Below are positions 25,252 to 36,489 of a stretch of DNA of 64,000 nt, piece by piece. The stretch's first letter is position 1. The number at the start of each line of letters is the position of its first letter. The stretch comes from Octopus sinensis (Eukaryota). The notes under the pieces are model-generated. The model was given only the letters and a program-made list of their open reading frames with translations. It was not told the DNA's origin and ran no database searches. The translations under genes were made by a program, and so were the position numbers. The DNA lies in NCBI RefSeq assembly GCF_006345805.1, contig NC_043021.1, positions 6,448,001 to 6,512,000 of the forward strand, read 5' to 3'.

Positions 25252-25651
25252 GGCGCAGGAGTGGCTGTGTGGTAAGTAGCTTGTTTATCAACCACATGGT
25301 TCCGGGTTCAGTCCCACTGCGTGGCACCTTGGGCAAGTATCTTCTACTATAGCCTCGGGCCGACCAAAGCCTTGTGAGTGGATTTGGTAGATGGAAACTG
25401 AAAGAAGCCTGTCGTATATATGTATATATGTATATGCGTGTGTGTGTGTTTGTGTGTCTGTGTTTGTCCCCCTAGCATTGCTTGACAACCGATGCTGGTG
25501 TGTTCACGTCCCCGTCACTTAGCGGTTCAGCAAAAGAGACCGATAGAATAAGTACTGGGCTTACAAAAGAATAAGTCCTGGAGTTGAGTTGCTCGATTAA
25601 AAGGCGGTGCTCCAGCATGGCCACAGTCAAATGACTGAAACAAGTAAAAGA

Positions 25652-25653
<2 letters not shown>
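25252..25653 (+). mobile_element. SINE family A, full length, flanked by (TA)n
   Basis: ggcgcaggagtggctgtgtggtaag ... gtaaaagagt. Confidence 0.93.
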
Positions 25654-25690
<37 letters not shown>

Positions 25691-25707
25691 TGTGTGTATG
25701 TATGTGT

Positions 25708-25916
25708 AAGGTGAACTGGAAGAATTGTTAGCACTCCGAGCAAAATGCTTACAGGCATTTTGTCTATCCTTATGTTCTAAGTTCAAAAGCCACTGAGGTC
25801 AACTTTGCCTTTCATCCTTTTGGGGTTGATAAAATAAGTACCAGGTGACCACTGGTGTCAATGTAATCAGCTTACCCCTGACCCAGAATAGCTAGCCTTG
25901 AGCCAAAATTTGAAAC
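25708..25916 (+). mobile_element. SINE family B2 copy
   Basis: gaactggaagaattgttagc...gtcaactttgcctttcatcctttt...aaaatttgaaacc. Confidence 0.8.
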
Positions 25917-25989
25917 CTATACATAAATATATATATATATCATCATCATCATCCTTTAACATTGTATATTAAACGTTTTTATAAGTCAA

Positions 25990-26443
25990 CCCAGTGTTCT
26001 ACTGTGTTAGCAGTGTGCTTTTACATCACTTGCTAAGGTTATCTCAGAAACCTGGACATTATCAAAGAAGCTTGAGAGGCGGTTGGATGGAACCTACACT
26101 CGCCTCCTTATGAGAGCTCAAAATCTCTTGTGGAGGCGCCATCCAACCAAAATGCAAATATATGGGAAACTACCACCTGTGTCATCTCTTGTGAAAGGTA
26201 AGAGAGTCCAGTTTGCTAGACAGTGTTGTAGAGCTGAAAAAGAGGTAATTTCTACTCTTCTCCTCTGGGAGCCATCTACTCGCAATACCAGAGGGCGCAC
26301 ACTCTCCTACCCTGATGTAATCTCCAGGGATACAGGCATCCAGCAACAGGACCTCCGTAATGCCATGATGGACCGTGAAGTCTGGCATAGCATGGTAAAT
26401 TCCATTGTCTCGACGACGGTCGAACAATGATGATGATGATGAT
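25990..26443 (+). mobile_element. 5'-truncated RTE-clade LINE (ORF C-terminus plus (TGA)n tail)
   Basis: SETWTLSKKLERRLDGTYTRLLMRAQNL.W..H....IYGKLPPVS..V...RVQFA.QC.RAEKEVIS.LLLWEP...RGRTLSYPDVISRDTG....L..AMMDREVW; ends tgatgatgatgatgat. Confidence 0.88.
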
Positions 26444-26944
26444 CTCTACAGATATTCTGTAGAAATTCTAGCTGGCACTGGTTTCTGTTACAACATTGAT
26501 GCAAACAAACAATAAGACCGAAGATGTAAAAAGGGCAATGGGCACACTGATCCTGCCAGGCCACAAACTTTCTAACATCATTGGATGAAAGTGAATGAAG
26601 GCTTGGAAAGTTCTCAGGGGAGGAATACCGAAGACTACATTGACACCAATGAATAATTTGGTTTTTTATTCCAATCACTTGATCTGCTACAAACAGCAAC
26701 TGAATCTCTCATTCCAATCACATTCTACAGTTTTAGAAAAATGACTTTTAGATAAAGGTGTAATCATTATCACAAACGCACACACCTACATGTCCCACCA
26801 CCACTTTCAAAACATAAGAACCGCCACCACCACCGCCGCCGCCATAACCACCACACCACCACCACCAATATCATCGCCGCCGACAACACCACCACCACCA
26901 CTGCCGCCGCCACCGTTACCACAGCCACCATGTTACTTCTCTTG

Positions 26945-27135
26945 ACTCATTCTCACTTCAATCATGCAAATTACTGAAGACCATGAATATCGTCTGCGCT
27001 AACTTGTGAAGGAGGCTAAAAATGGTATTGAGTGTTTCTTTGCTTCAAAACCTGAAGAATTTCACACCTGAAGCAACAACAATTTGTCAAATAGATGGGA
27101 TTATGTTTTCAATAATTATGTTGGTAATATCATCT
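26945..27135 (+). mobile_element. Mariner C-terminal remnant (same family as 40480-40590)
   Basis: ttctttgcttcaaaacctgaagaa...aacaatttgtcaaatagatgggattatgt (FFASKPEEF...NNLSNRWDYV). Confidence 0.7.
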
Positions 27136-27281
27136 TGAGTGGGGAGATGAATGACTTCTGAGAGCCATACAAGCCATGTCAGTAAGATGAGAGTTAGCAA
27201 CAAATTTAGAGTACAGGCAGGCAGGAGTTCACCAAAATTTGGTTTTTAGTCTCCTATTCATGATAGTCCTCGTGGTCATAC

Positions 27282-28004
27282 AAGTCGATTACATTGACCC
27301 AGTGCGTAACTGGTACTTATTTAATCGATCCCGAAAGGATGAAAGGTAAAGTTGACCACAGCGGAATTTGAACTGAATTCAGAATGTAACAGTAGACGAA
27401 ATACCTATTTCTTTACTGCCCACAGGGGGCTAAACACTGAGGGGACAAACAAGGACAGACAAACGGATTAAGTCGATTGCATCGACCCCAGTGCATAACT
27501 GGTACTTATTTAATCGACCCCGAAAGGATGAAAGGCAAAGTCGACCTCAGCAGAATTTGAACTGAATTCAGAATGTAACAGTAGACGAAATACCTATTTC
27601 TTTACTGCCCACAAGGGGCTAAACACAGAGAGGACAAACAAGGACAGACAAATGGATTGAGTCGATTATATCGACCCCAGTGCATAACTGGTACTTAATT
27701 TATCGACCCCAAAAGGATGAAAGGCAAAGTCGACCTCAGTGGAATTTGAACTCAGAATGTAAAAACAGACGAAATACCTATTTCTTTACTACCCATGAGG
27801 GGCTAAACACAAGAGAGGACAAACAAGGACACACAAGCGGATTAAGTCGATTATATCGACCCCAGTGCATAACTGGCACTTATTTAATCAACCCCGAAAG
27901 GATGAAAGGCAAAGTCGACCTCGGTGGAATTTGAACTCAGAACTTAACAGCAGATGAAATACCGCTAAGCATTTCGTCTGGCGTGCTAACGATTCTGCCA
28001 GCCC
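27282..28004 (-). mobile_element. SINE B tandem multimer, 4 units (184-190 bp)
   Basis: aaaggatgaaagg occurs four times; units joined at aaagaaatag|gtatttcgtc; single head near 28004. Confidence 0.9.
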
Positions 28005-28828
28005 GAATACATAAGTATTGATAGAGTAATTTGAATGCTAAAGGGTGAAACAGGACTTCAAAGTAGACTACTAATGAACAAGACTACATTAGCAGTTTTA
28101 GGTCCACTATGAGATGGCCATGGCTAGAACAGCCTTGATTATAGATCGGTTCACTGATGGCTGACACCTAACTATTTTTGTACACGTGTTTTAAATAGAA
28201 ATGAACAGACAACTACAAATATTTGAAAATAACATAAAAATTAAAATAAAATAAAATAAAAATTAACGAACAATAAACATTGGATGTACATGGAGGGGGT
28301 ATGGGTATGGATGTGTGTGCATGGAGGTGTGTGTATGTGTGTGCATGGAGGTGTGTGTATGTGTGTGCATGGAGGTGTGCGTATGTGTGTGCATGGAGGT
28401 GTGTGTATGTGTGTGCATGGAGGTGTGTGTGTGTGTATGAATGTGGGTGAGAGTAGGTAAAGATGAGTATTTGCATATGTATGTGTGTATGTATATATCT
28501 GTGTGTATGTGTGTACGTGTACATATGTATGTGTGTATATATGTACGTAGTGTGGATGTATGCTTGTGTGTGTGTGTAGGTGTTGTCTGTATGATGATAA
28601 TGTGTTTACCAAAATGTTGTTGTTGTAGATGTTGGTGTCTGTTTATTAATGAGATATATCTTGTCAGGTGTGTATGGTGTGTGTGCGGGGGTGGGGTGAA
28701 GAGAGAGAGAGATAGAGAGAGAGAGTAAGAACAGCAATGAGACAAATTGGTGGGGAGAAATATTGTAAGTTTACAGCAGCTGTGTTTATAATTTGTATAA
28801 TAGACATGATGACATGTCATTAGGAGAG

Positions 28829-28884
<56 letters not shown>

Positions 28885-29430
28885 AAGTGAAAGAGAGGCA
28901 GGGAGAGAGAGAGAGAGAAAGATAGGAAGGATAAGAGAAAGGAGAAAATGTGACAGAAAAAAGTAAGAGATAAAGAGACTGTAAGAGAAACACCAAGAGA
29001 GACAGAGACTGAAAGAGGGAGAAAGGAGAGGAGAGAGAGGAAGAAAGAAGAGGAGAGAGAGAGAGGGAGAAAGAAGAGGAGAGAGGAGAGGCAGAGGGGA
29101 AAAAGTAAATTTATTTTCAAACTTATCCATGTTGTCTCAGTACTCCAGTCAATTAACACGAGTTGCTAATTAATGTATTGATACACAAATGAACAAAATT
29201 AGTGGTGGTTATTCATAACATTTTCCATATTTTCTTTTCTCTCTCTCTCTCTCTCAGCTCTCTCTCTTTTTTCTCTCTTTCTCTCTCTCTCTCTCCCTCG
29301 GTTCTCTCTCTCACTCAAATGAAGCAAATACTCTCGATTCAATAAAAGTCAATGAAACTAGTTTAGTTCTTTGTTCCAATCTAGAGTGAGAGGGAAAGAG
29401 AAAGTGTATGTGAAAAAGAAAGTAACACAA

Positions 29431-29519
<89 letters not shown>

Positions 29520-29737
29520 CCTTGGTATTAAACCTCAAGGATCTATTTAAATAGGGAGGCTTAATGTCCATAACAGAGACAAAGATACATTATTCAATAT
29601 ATTATAGTTCAGAAAGAATTTTCTAGTCATTCAGTCAGAAAAAATGAGAATATAAATATTTTAGTCAATATATTTGTAAAATGTTAAAATGTTCATAATG
29701 AATTGTTGTTGTTTAAGAAAATAATATTTTGGCCTGT

Positions 29738-30305
29738 TAACCACTGGCATGGTGGCCATGTGGCTTGGAAGTTCACTCTGCAATCTTGTGATTCCATGTT
29801 TGCTGCCCCTGTGTTACAAATTGGAAAACAAATGTCTTCTTTCTCTGCTTGCGAGGACTTGTTGAGGCAAATGAAATTGGAATCGAAATCTAAACCAAAT
29901 TTGATGACTGGCATCTGTGCTAGTGGAGCGCTAAGAGTACCATACGAGTGAGATCGTTGCCAGAGCAACAAGCTGGCCTCCGTGCAGATGGCATGTTAAA
30001 AACACCGTTCGAGCGTGATCATTACCTACCTTGCCTTACTAGCACTTGTGCTGGTGGCATGTGAAAAACATTCGATCAAGGTCGTTACTAGTGCCACTGG
30101 ACTGGCTCCTGTGCAGGTGGCACATCAAAAGCACCATTTGAGCATGGCATGTAAAAAACACTATTTGAGTATGGCCGTTGTCAGTATCGCCCAACTGGCC
30201 CTCATGCCGGTGGCACGTAAAAGCACCCACTACACTCTTGGAGTGGTTGGCGTAAGGAAGGGCATCCAGCTGTAGAAACTCTGCCAGATCAAATAGGAGC
30301 CTGGA
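29738..30305 (+). mobile_element. SINE family D with degenerate tRNA-like head
   Basis: gtggccatgtgg head, internal ggcacgtaaaagcac repeats, ggagtggttggcgtaaggaagggcatccagctgtagaaac. Confidence 0.75.
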
Positions 30306-31369
30306 ATGATGAAATGGCTATGAATGGGATTCAAATTCTTAAGTAAAATCTGAACTAGGATACAAATACAAAAGAGACAGAGAGCTACCACATGGTAACG
30401 AGTCCAATACTTCAACAGTGCTACCAATTTACTACTGAAAGGATGAAAGGTGAAGCTGTTATAAGCAGGACTAGCATTGAGTGCTAAAAGCTAGATGAAA
30501 TACCACAAGGTACTGCATCGACTGGTCACATGACTCATCGAATTTGACAACCATTGATGACAGTATTTCATTTATGAATGTTTTGTAAAATGAAATACCT
30601 TTTATGGGAACGCTGACATTGTTTTCAATCACAATACAAAGGAAGAAGACACAGGCCCTACTAGAGAATGAAGCTGTTGCAAGGAAGAGAAAGAAAGCAT
30701 TTTAGTTAATGAATACCGTAGCCAGATGTTCAGTCATTAAACTTTTTCTCACCAGATATATAAGCATATTTTACTATTCAGGGTAAAAAAAAAATATAAA
30801 AATATCAATAAGATAAATGAATATCAACTCTCCCTTTTTTTGAATAATTGAATTTTATTTTAATGGAAAAATAATGTACCTTCAGTAAAAAGTTACCGAG
30901 AATAATGAACCAATCTGGTGGCATAAAGTCCACACACCGCTGAACATTGGCAGCCATTAGTTTCACAAACATTGAGGAAGCAAGATTAGAGAATAAATTG
31001 AAAGCCAAAAAAATGTTTCTACTGAAGAGCATCAAACTGCAAAAAAAAAAAAAAAAAAAAAAAAAACCAGAATTGCCTTCAAAGCAAATTCTACTGTTTT
31101 AATTCAATAAATGGCTATTGTTATTTAGACAGGCAGAATTTCTTGTTTGTTTTTGAAGTTCAATTTACACACTGCAGTTATCACTCACTATTAAATCCAC
31201 GAGTTGTGAGTGAAGCCTCGGAATGTATTTATACGTAGCGTCACGTAAACAGAATAATTTCTGCTCTTGTCCAGTGTCATTACTGAGTGGGGGAGTGTGC
31301 ATGTGTGTGTTTGTGGCTATGTGTCTGTACTAATTTCATAGGAATGTATAAAATAACAGTAGTAATAAT

Positions 31370-31400
<31 letters not shown>

Positions 31401-31404
<4 letters not shown>

Positions 31405-31927
31405 CAGAAAAAAGATGGTATAGGCACACACCAGAAAAAGGTCACAGAAAACGAGAAAGCAACCATACTCTGGGATATGCCAATACACACAGATAGAGAA
31501 ATTAAGGCCAACAGACCAGATATAGTTGTCAGAGAACATGAAGAAAAAAAATGCTTTCTATTTGATGTATCAATACCGGCTGATGACAACGCGTCTCTAA
31601 AAGAAATGGAGAAACTTTCAAAATACAAAGACCTGGAAATAGAGGTAACTAGAATGTGGAATCTAAAAACAGAAACGATTCCTATCATAGTAGGTGCATT
31701 AGGCATGATAAAAAAATATTCAGACAAATACATAACAAAAACACCAGGACTTACAAACACATATAACATACAGAAAATTGCACTTCTAGGCACTGCACAC
31801 ATCCTACGCAAAACACTTTCAATACAGTAACCATCAGAGCATCACAACAAATCACAGCACATACCCAAGGCACACAGAGCTGTGCTCGGTAGTGAAGTGA
31901 AAGCCCATTATGAAAATAAAACTACTG
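31401..31927 (+). mobile_element. 5'-truncated R4/Dong-like RLE non-LTR retrotransposon inside (TAA)n
   Basis: WYRHTPEK(+1 frameshift)VTENEKATILWDMPIHTDREIKANRPDIVV...FLFDVSIPADDN...EKLSKYKDLEIE..RMW...IPIIVGALG...IQKIALLGTAHILRKTL* then 97-nt 3' UTR; (TAA)n at 31363-31400 and 31928-31953. Confidence 0.9.
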
Positions 31928-32267
31928 AATAATAATAATAATAATAATAATAATCATCATCATCATCACTTTTGTTTAATGTCTACTTTTCCATGTTTGT
32001 TTGGGTCAGATAGAATTTGTTGAGAAAGATTTTCAATGGCTGGATGCCTCTCCTGTCACCAACATTCACCAAGCAGCGTAAAATTTCCCTATTGAAGACT
32101 GAAAACAAAATAACATCACTTGTATAACAGTGATGCTCCCTTACAATCAATACATGTAAATGCAAACATATACAAATGCATGTATACACATATATATAAG
32201 GTTTGGCAATGCTCACAGGAGAAACAGAACTCAAAACAATAGTGTGTGTGTATATATATATATATAT

Positions 32268-32420
32268 GTCGAGGCACATGACTTAGTGGTTAGGGTGTTG
32301 AACTCATGATCGTAAGATTGTGGTTTCGATTCTTGGACCGGGCGATGCGTTGTGTTCTTGAGCAAAACACTTCATTTCACGTTGCTCTAGTCCACTCAGC
32401 TGGCAAAATTGAGTAATCCC
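32268..32420 (+). mobile_element. SINE family C1, 5' part
   Basis: gaggcacatgacttagtggttagggtg...ggtttcgattcttggaccgggc...gttcttgagcaaaacacttc...ccactcagctgg. Confidence 0.85.
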
Positions 32421-32619
32421 TTCAATTCTTTATGTTCAAAATTCAAATCCTGCTGAAGTCAACTTCATCTTTAATCTTTCCAGTGTAAATATAATAAAGT
32501 TCCAGCCAAATACTGGGGTTGATATAATCAACTGTTTTCAGCCTCCAAATAACCAAATTTTTGACAGAGGGCCTATGTAAGGAATTATTATTTTCAAATG
32601 TTGGGCCTCACAGAGGCAA

Positions 32620-33204
32620 TGACAAACCACCAAGACCTTTGGAGATATGCCGTGCTTGAGAAGACCCGGCAAGCACCCTTCAATCATCAGGCAATATGCC
32701 ATGCTTGTGAAGACCAGTTGAACTGAGTGAAATTGCAGTCATGACCGAAGCCAGTGCTGCCTGACTGGCAGCCGTGCTGGAGGCATGTAAAAAGCACCAT
32801 TCAAGCATGGCCGATGCCAGTGCCACCTGTGGAACGTAAAAGGCACCATTTGAGTACGGCCGATGCCAGTGCCACCTGACTGGCACCTATGCCAGTGGCA
32901 CGTAAAAAGCACCATTTAAGCATGGCCAATGCCAGTGCCACCTCACTGGCTCCCGTGCCAGAGGTATATAAAAAGCATCATTTGAGTGTGGCCAATACCA
33001 GTGCTGCCTGACTGGCTCCCATGCCAGAGGTATATAAAAAGCACCCACCACACACTCGGAATGGTTGGTGTTAGGAAGGGCATCCAGCAGTAGAAACCTT
33101 GCCAAATTAGATTGGAGCCTGGTGCAGCCTTCATGGCTTGCCAGTCCTCACTCAGACTGTCCAACCCATGCTGGCATGGAAAGCAGACGTTAAATGATGA
33201 TGAT
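32620..33204 (+). mobile_element. SINE family D with five internal 66-bp repeat units
   Basis: Units start 32750, 32816, 32865 (preceding unit only 49 bp), 32931, 32997; (TGA)n tail. Confidence 0.88.
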
Positions 33205-33476
33205 ATGGGGTTGGAGCAGGAGATGGAGATGACAACAAGAGAGCTAAGAGAGATGCAACCATAGCAGCCACTATTACTATTGTCACACACCACCACAACC
33301 ACCATCACATGTACACAACTGCTTCAAGAGATCTTGTGGATCCCAGGGAAAGACTGCAAAACCATCAAAGATCCCATCGTTGAAGAAGAGGCCATCATCA
33401 AAGATTTTGTTGGACAACCAAGGGACATACGTAAATGCAATAGTAGAAAACAGTGCAAATATGTGTATCTAACATA

Positions 33477-33550
<74 letters not shown>

Positions 33551-33622
33551 GGCAACAAAAGAATGAGACCATGATATTAAGTAAATAGAGGAATTTATAT
33601 ATGTATTTTCATAGAATATAAT

Positions 33623-33952
33623 GGTGCGTGGCTTAATGGTTAGAGCGTTGGGCTCACAATCATGAAGTAGTGAGTTTGATTCCTGGACCAGGTTGTGCAT
33701 TGTATTCTTGAGCAAGACACTTTGTTTCACATTGTTCCAGTTCACTTAGCTGTAGAAATGAATTGCAATGTCACTGGTGCCAAGCTGTTTTGGTCCCTTT
33801 GCCTTTCCCTTGGATAACATCAGAGCGGAGACTGGTATGCATAGGCAACTGCTGGTCTTCCATAAACAACTGTGTCTGGACTTGTGCCCAGAGGGGGAAT
33901 TTTCTAGGTGTAATCCCATGGTCATTCATGACTGAAGGGGGTCTTTACCTTT
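33623..33952 (+). mobile_element. SINE family C2, full length
   Basis: Same as 58543-58872: tRNA head, ttcttgagcaagacacttt, body ending gaagggggtctttaccttt. Confidence 0.88.
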
Positions 33953-33998
33953 AACACACACACACACACAACAAGCACACACACACATACATATATAT

Positions 33999-34203
33999 AG
34001 GTGCAGGCACGGCTGTGTGGTGAAAAACTTGCTTCTCAACCACATGGTTTCGGGTTCAGTCCCACTGAGTGGCACCTTGGGCAAATGTCACCTGCTATAG
34101 TCTTGAGCCAACTGAAGTCTCATGAGCGGATGGAAACTGAAAGAAGCCCATTGTAATATTATATGTGTGTGTGTGTGTGCTTGTCTGTCCTTCCTCCACT
34201 GCT
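33999..34203 (+). mobile_element. SINE family A, 5' half
   Basis: ggctgtgtggtga...ggttcagtcccactgagtggcaccttgggcaa...gaaagaagccc. Confidence 0.85.
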
Positions 34204-34867
34204 ACACATTCCTATGTCACCTGTGTGTATTCAGTAATGAATGAGTGGGCGGGAGAGAGACAGATCGACAAAGAGACGGACAGAGAGACAGCGTGAGGTA
34301 AGGTAAGTAGGTAGGTGTGAAAAGTTCTGAATAATTTGTTTTAAATATTTATGAATCAATATCCAGGTTATCTCTCTACCTTGCTCGTTAGAATGTAAAT
34401 TATTTCTGACTGGTGAGCATGGTTTGTTTACATGTAAATTCTGAAAATGGTTTTACATTTGGCTTAAAACAACCTGGTGCTTCAGTTTTAATTGATTCAG
34501 AAGTGGCTTTTTTCTTTGTTTTTTTTTTTTGTATTTTCTTTTTTTTGTATTTTTTCTTTTCTTTTTTTGTTTTTTTTTTTGTATTTTTTTTATTTTTTAA
34601 AACTTACTTTGTAAATTCTCTACCATGATACTCTAAATCATTAATCAGTTTTGATCAGCTGTTATAAAAATCAATTGAACTGGTTTTGTTTTTTTGGGGT
34701 GGTGGTGAGGTTTTTATTTTTTTTTTTTTTTAAATAAAGTTTAAACACACCGAATGTATTTTTGACTAAGGTTAAAAAAACAGAAAATCCCTTCCCTCCC
34801 ACCTCCTTATCCTTCGAAAATGACACATTCTTAGGTTATTGACTCTTAGACATTCACCACAACACAC

Positions 34868-35344
34868 ATCTACACACATTCACAAACACATGCATAGATA
34901 CACATAAATACATACAAACAGATACACATACATACACACACACATACATACATACAAATACATACATATACAGACACACACATACATACATACATACATA
35001 CACATACATACATACAAATACATACATACAAACATACATACATACAAACATACGTACAAACATACATACATACATACGTACATACGTACGTACATACATA
35101 CATACATACATACACACACACACAAATACGTACATACATACTTACACACAAATACATACATACATACACACACACACAAATACGTACATACATACTTACA
35201 CACAAATACATACATACATACATACATACAAACATATGTACATACATACATACATACATACATACATACATACATACATACATGCATACATACATACAAC
35301 ATACATACATACATACATACATACATACATACATACATACATAC

Positions 35345-35375
<31 letters not shown>

Positions 35376-35398
35376 TACATACATACATACATACACAC

Positions 35399-35429
<31 letters not shown>

Positions 35430-35513
35430 TACATACATACATACATACATACATACATACATACATACATACATAATACATACATACATACATACATACA
35501 TACATACATACAT

Positions 35514-35556
<43 letters not shown>

Positions 35557-35689
35557 TACATAAATACGTACAAACACAAACATGCTCATAAACACATCCA
35601 TACACAAATACACACACAGAATACAAACAAATACATACATATACACACAAGTAACATCACACACACACAGGCACATGTATATATGTATG

Positions 35690-35719
<30 letters not shown>
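34868..35719. repeat. About 850-bp (TACA)n/(CA)n/(TA)n microsatellite
   Basis: Direct reading. Confidence 0.95.
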
Positions 35720-35728
<9 letters not shown>

Positions 35729-36160
35729 ACTGGAGAATTGAAGAAATGGAGCTGAACGCAGATTGAACAGAAATCGTTTTATTTCATTCTACACGTGTTT
35801 CGAAAGGCACAAATTACCAAAATCCGATTGAATAATGGGACCATATTGTGTCTTTCTCTTCAGGATTCCTGAAGAGAAAGACACAATATGGTCCCATTAT
35901 TCAATCGGATTTTGGTAATTTGTGCCTTTCGAAACACGTGTAGAATGAAATAAAACGATTTCTGTTCAATCTGCGTTCAGCTCCATTTCTTCAATTCACC
36001 AATAATGTTTTAATTTCAATTATCCGCACCAACGCACGGTTGCAACGCCAGATGGTTGTACCTCCAACCGTGCTGTTTACTGCTGTGATTTTTGCTACTA
36101 AGGTATCGGTTAAACTTTTGATTAATCTACTACAAGATTATTCATCTTTCTATTTCACAT
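35720..36160 (+). mobile_element. Penelope-like pLTR with inverted duplication (palindrome 35720-36012), flanked by (TA)n
   Basis: 146-bp arms, 2 mismatches, 1-nt loop at 35866; right arm continues about 150 nt to (TA)n. Confidence 0.8.
35865..35946 (+). ncRNA. Minimal type I hammerhead ribozyme
   Basis: Stem I AUUC/GAAU, core CUGAAGA, 11-bp stem II GAAAGACACAA/UUGUGCCUUUC (one mismatch), GAA, palindromic stem III ACACGUGU, GUA cleavage triplet. Confidence 0.75.
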
Positions 36161-36489
36161 AATATATATATATATATATATATATGAATTTCCATTATTT
36201 CATTCATCTAGATAGATATAAATAGAGAAATTAGCCCAGACTTCTTAGCTGCACTGTCTTTTTCCCCCTGTATTGTGAATAAACCACACTGTCTTTTTCA
36301 CTGTATTGTGTCCATGGCTAAAGAACCATTTCAAGATACATATTCCCATTGCATCACCAATACACTGCATTGATGATTTCACTCAGGTCAATTAGTGTAC
36401 AGATATAGATTTATAGTTTTCTTTTCATGTGCACGAGGGCATACTAAAGCCTTTCATTCAACGAAAAACATTAAATTTAATGTCGTCGT

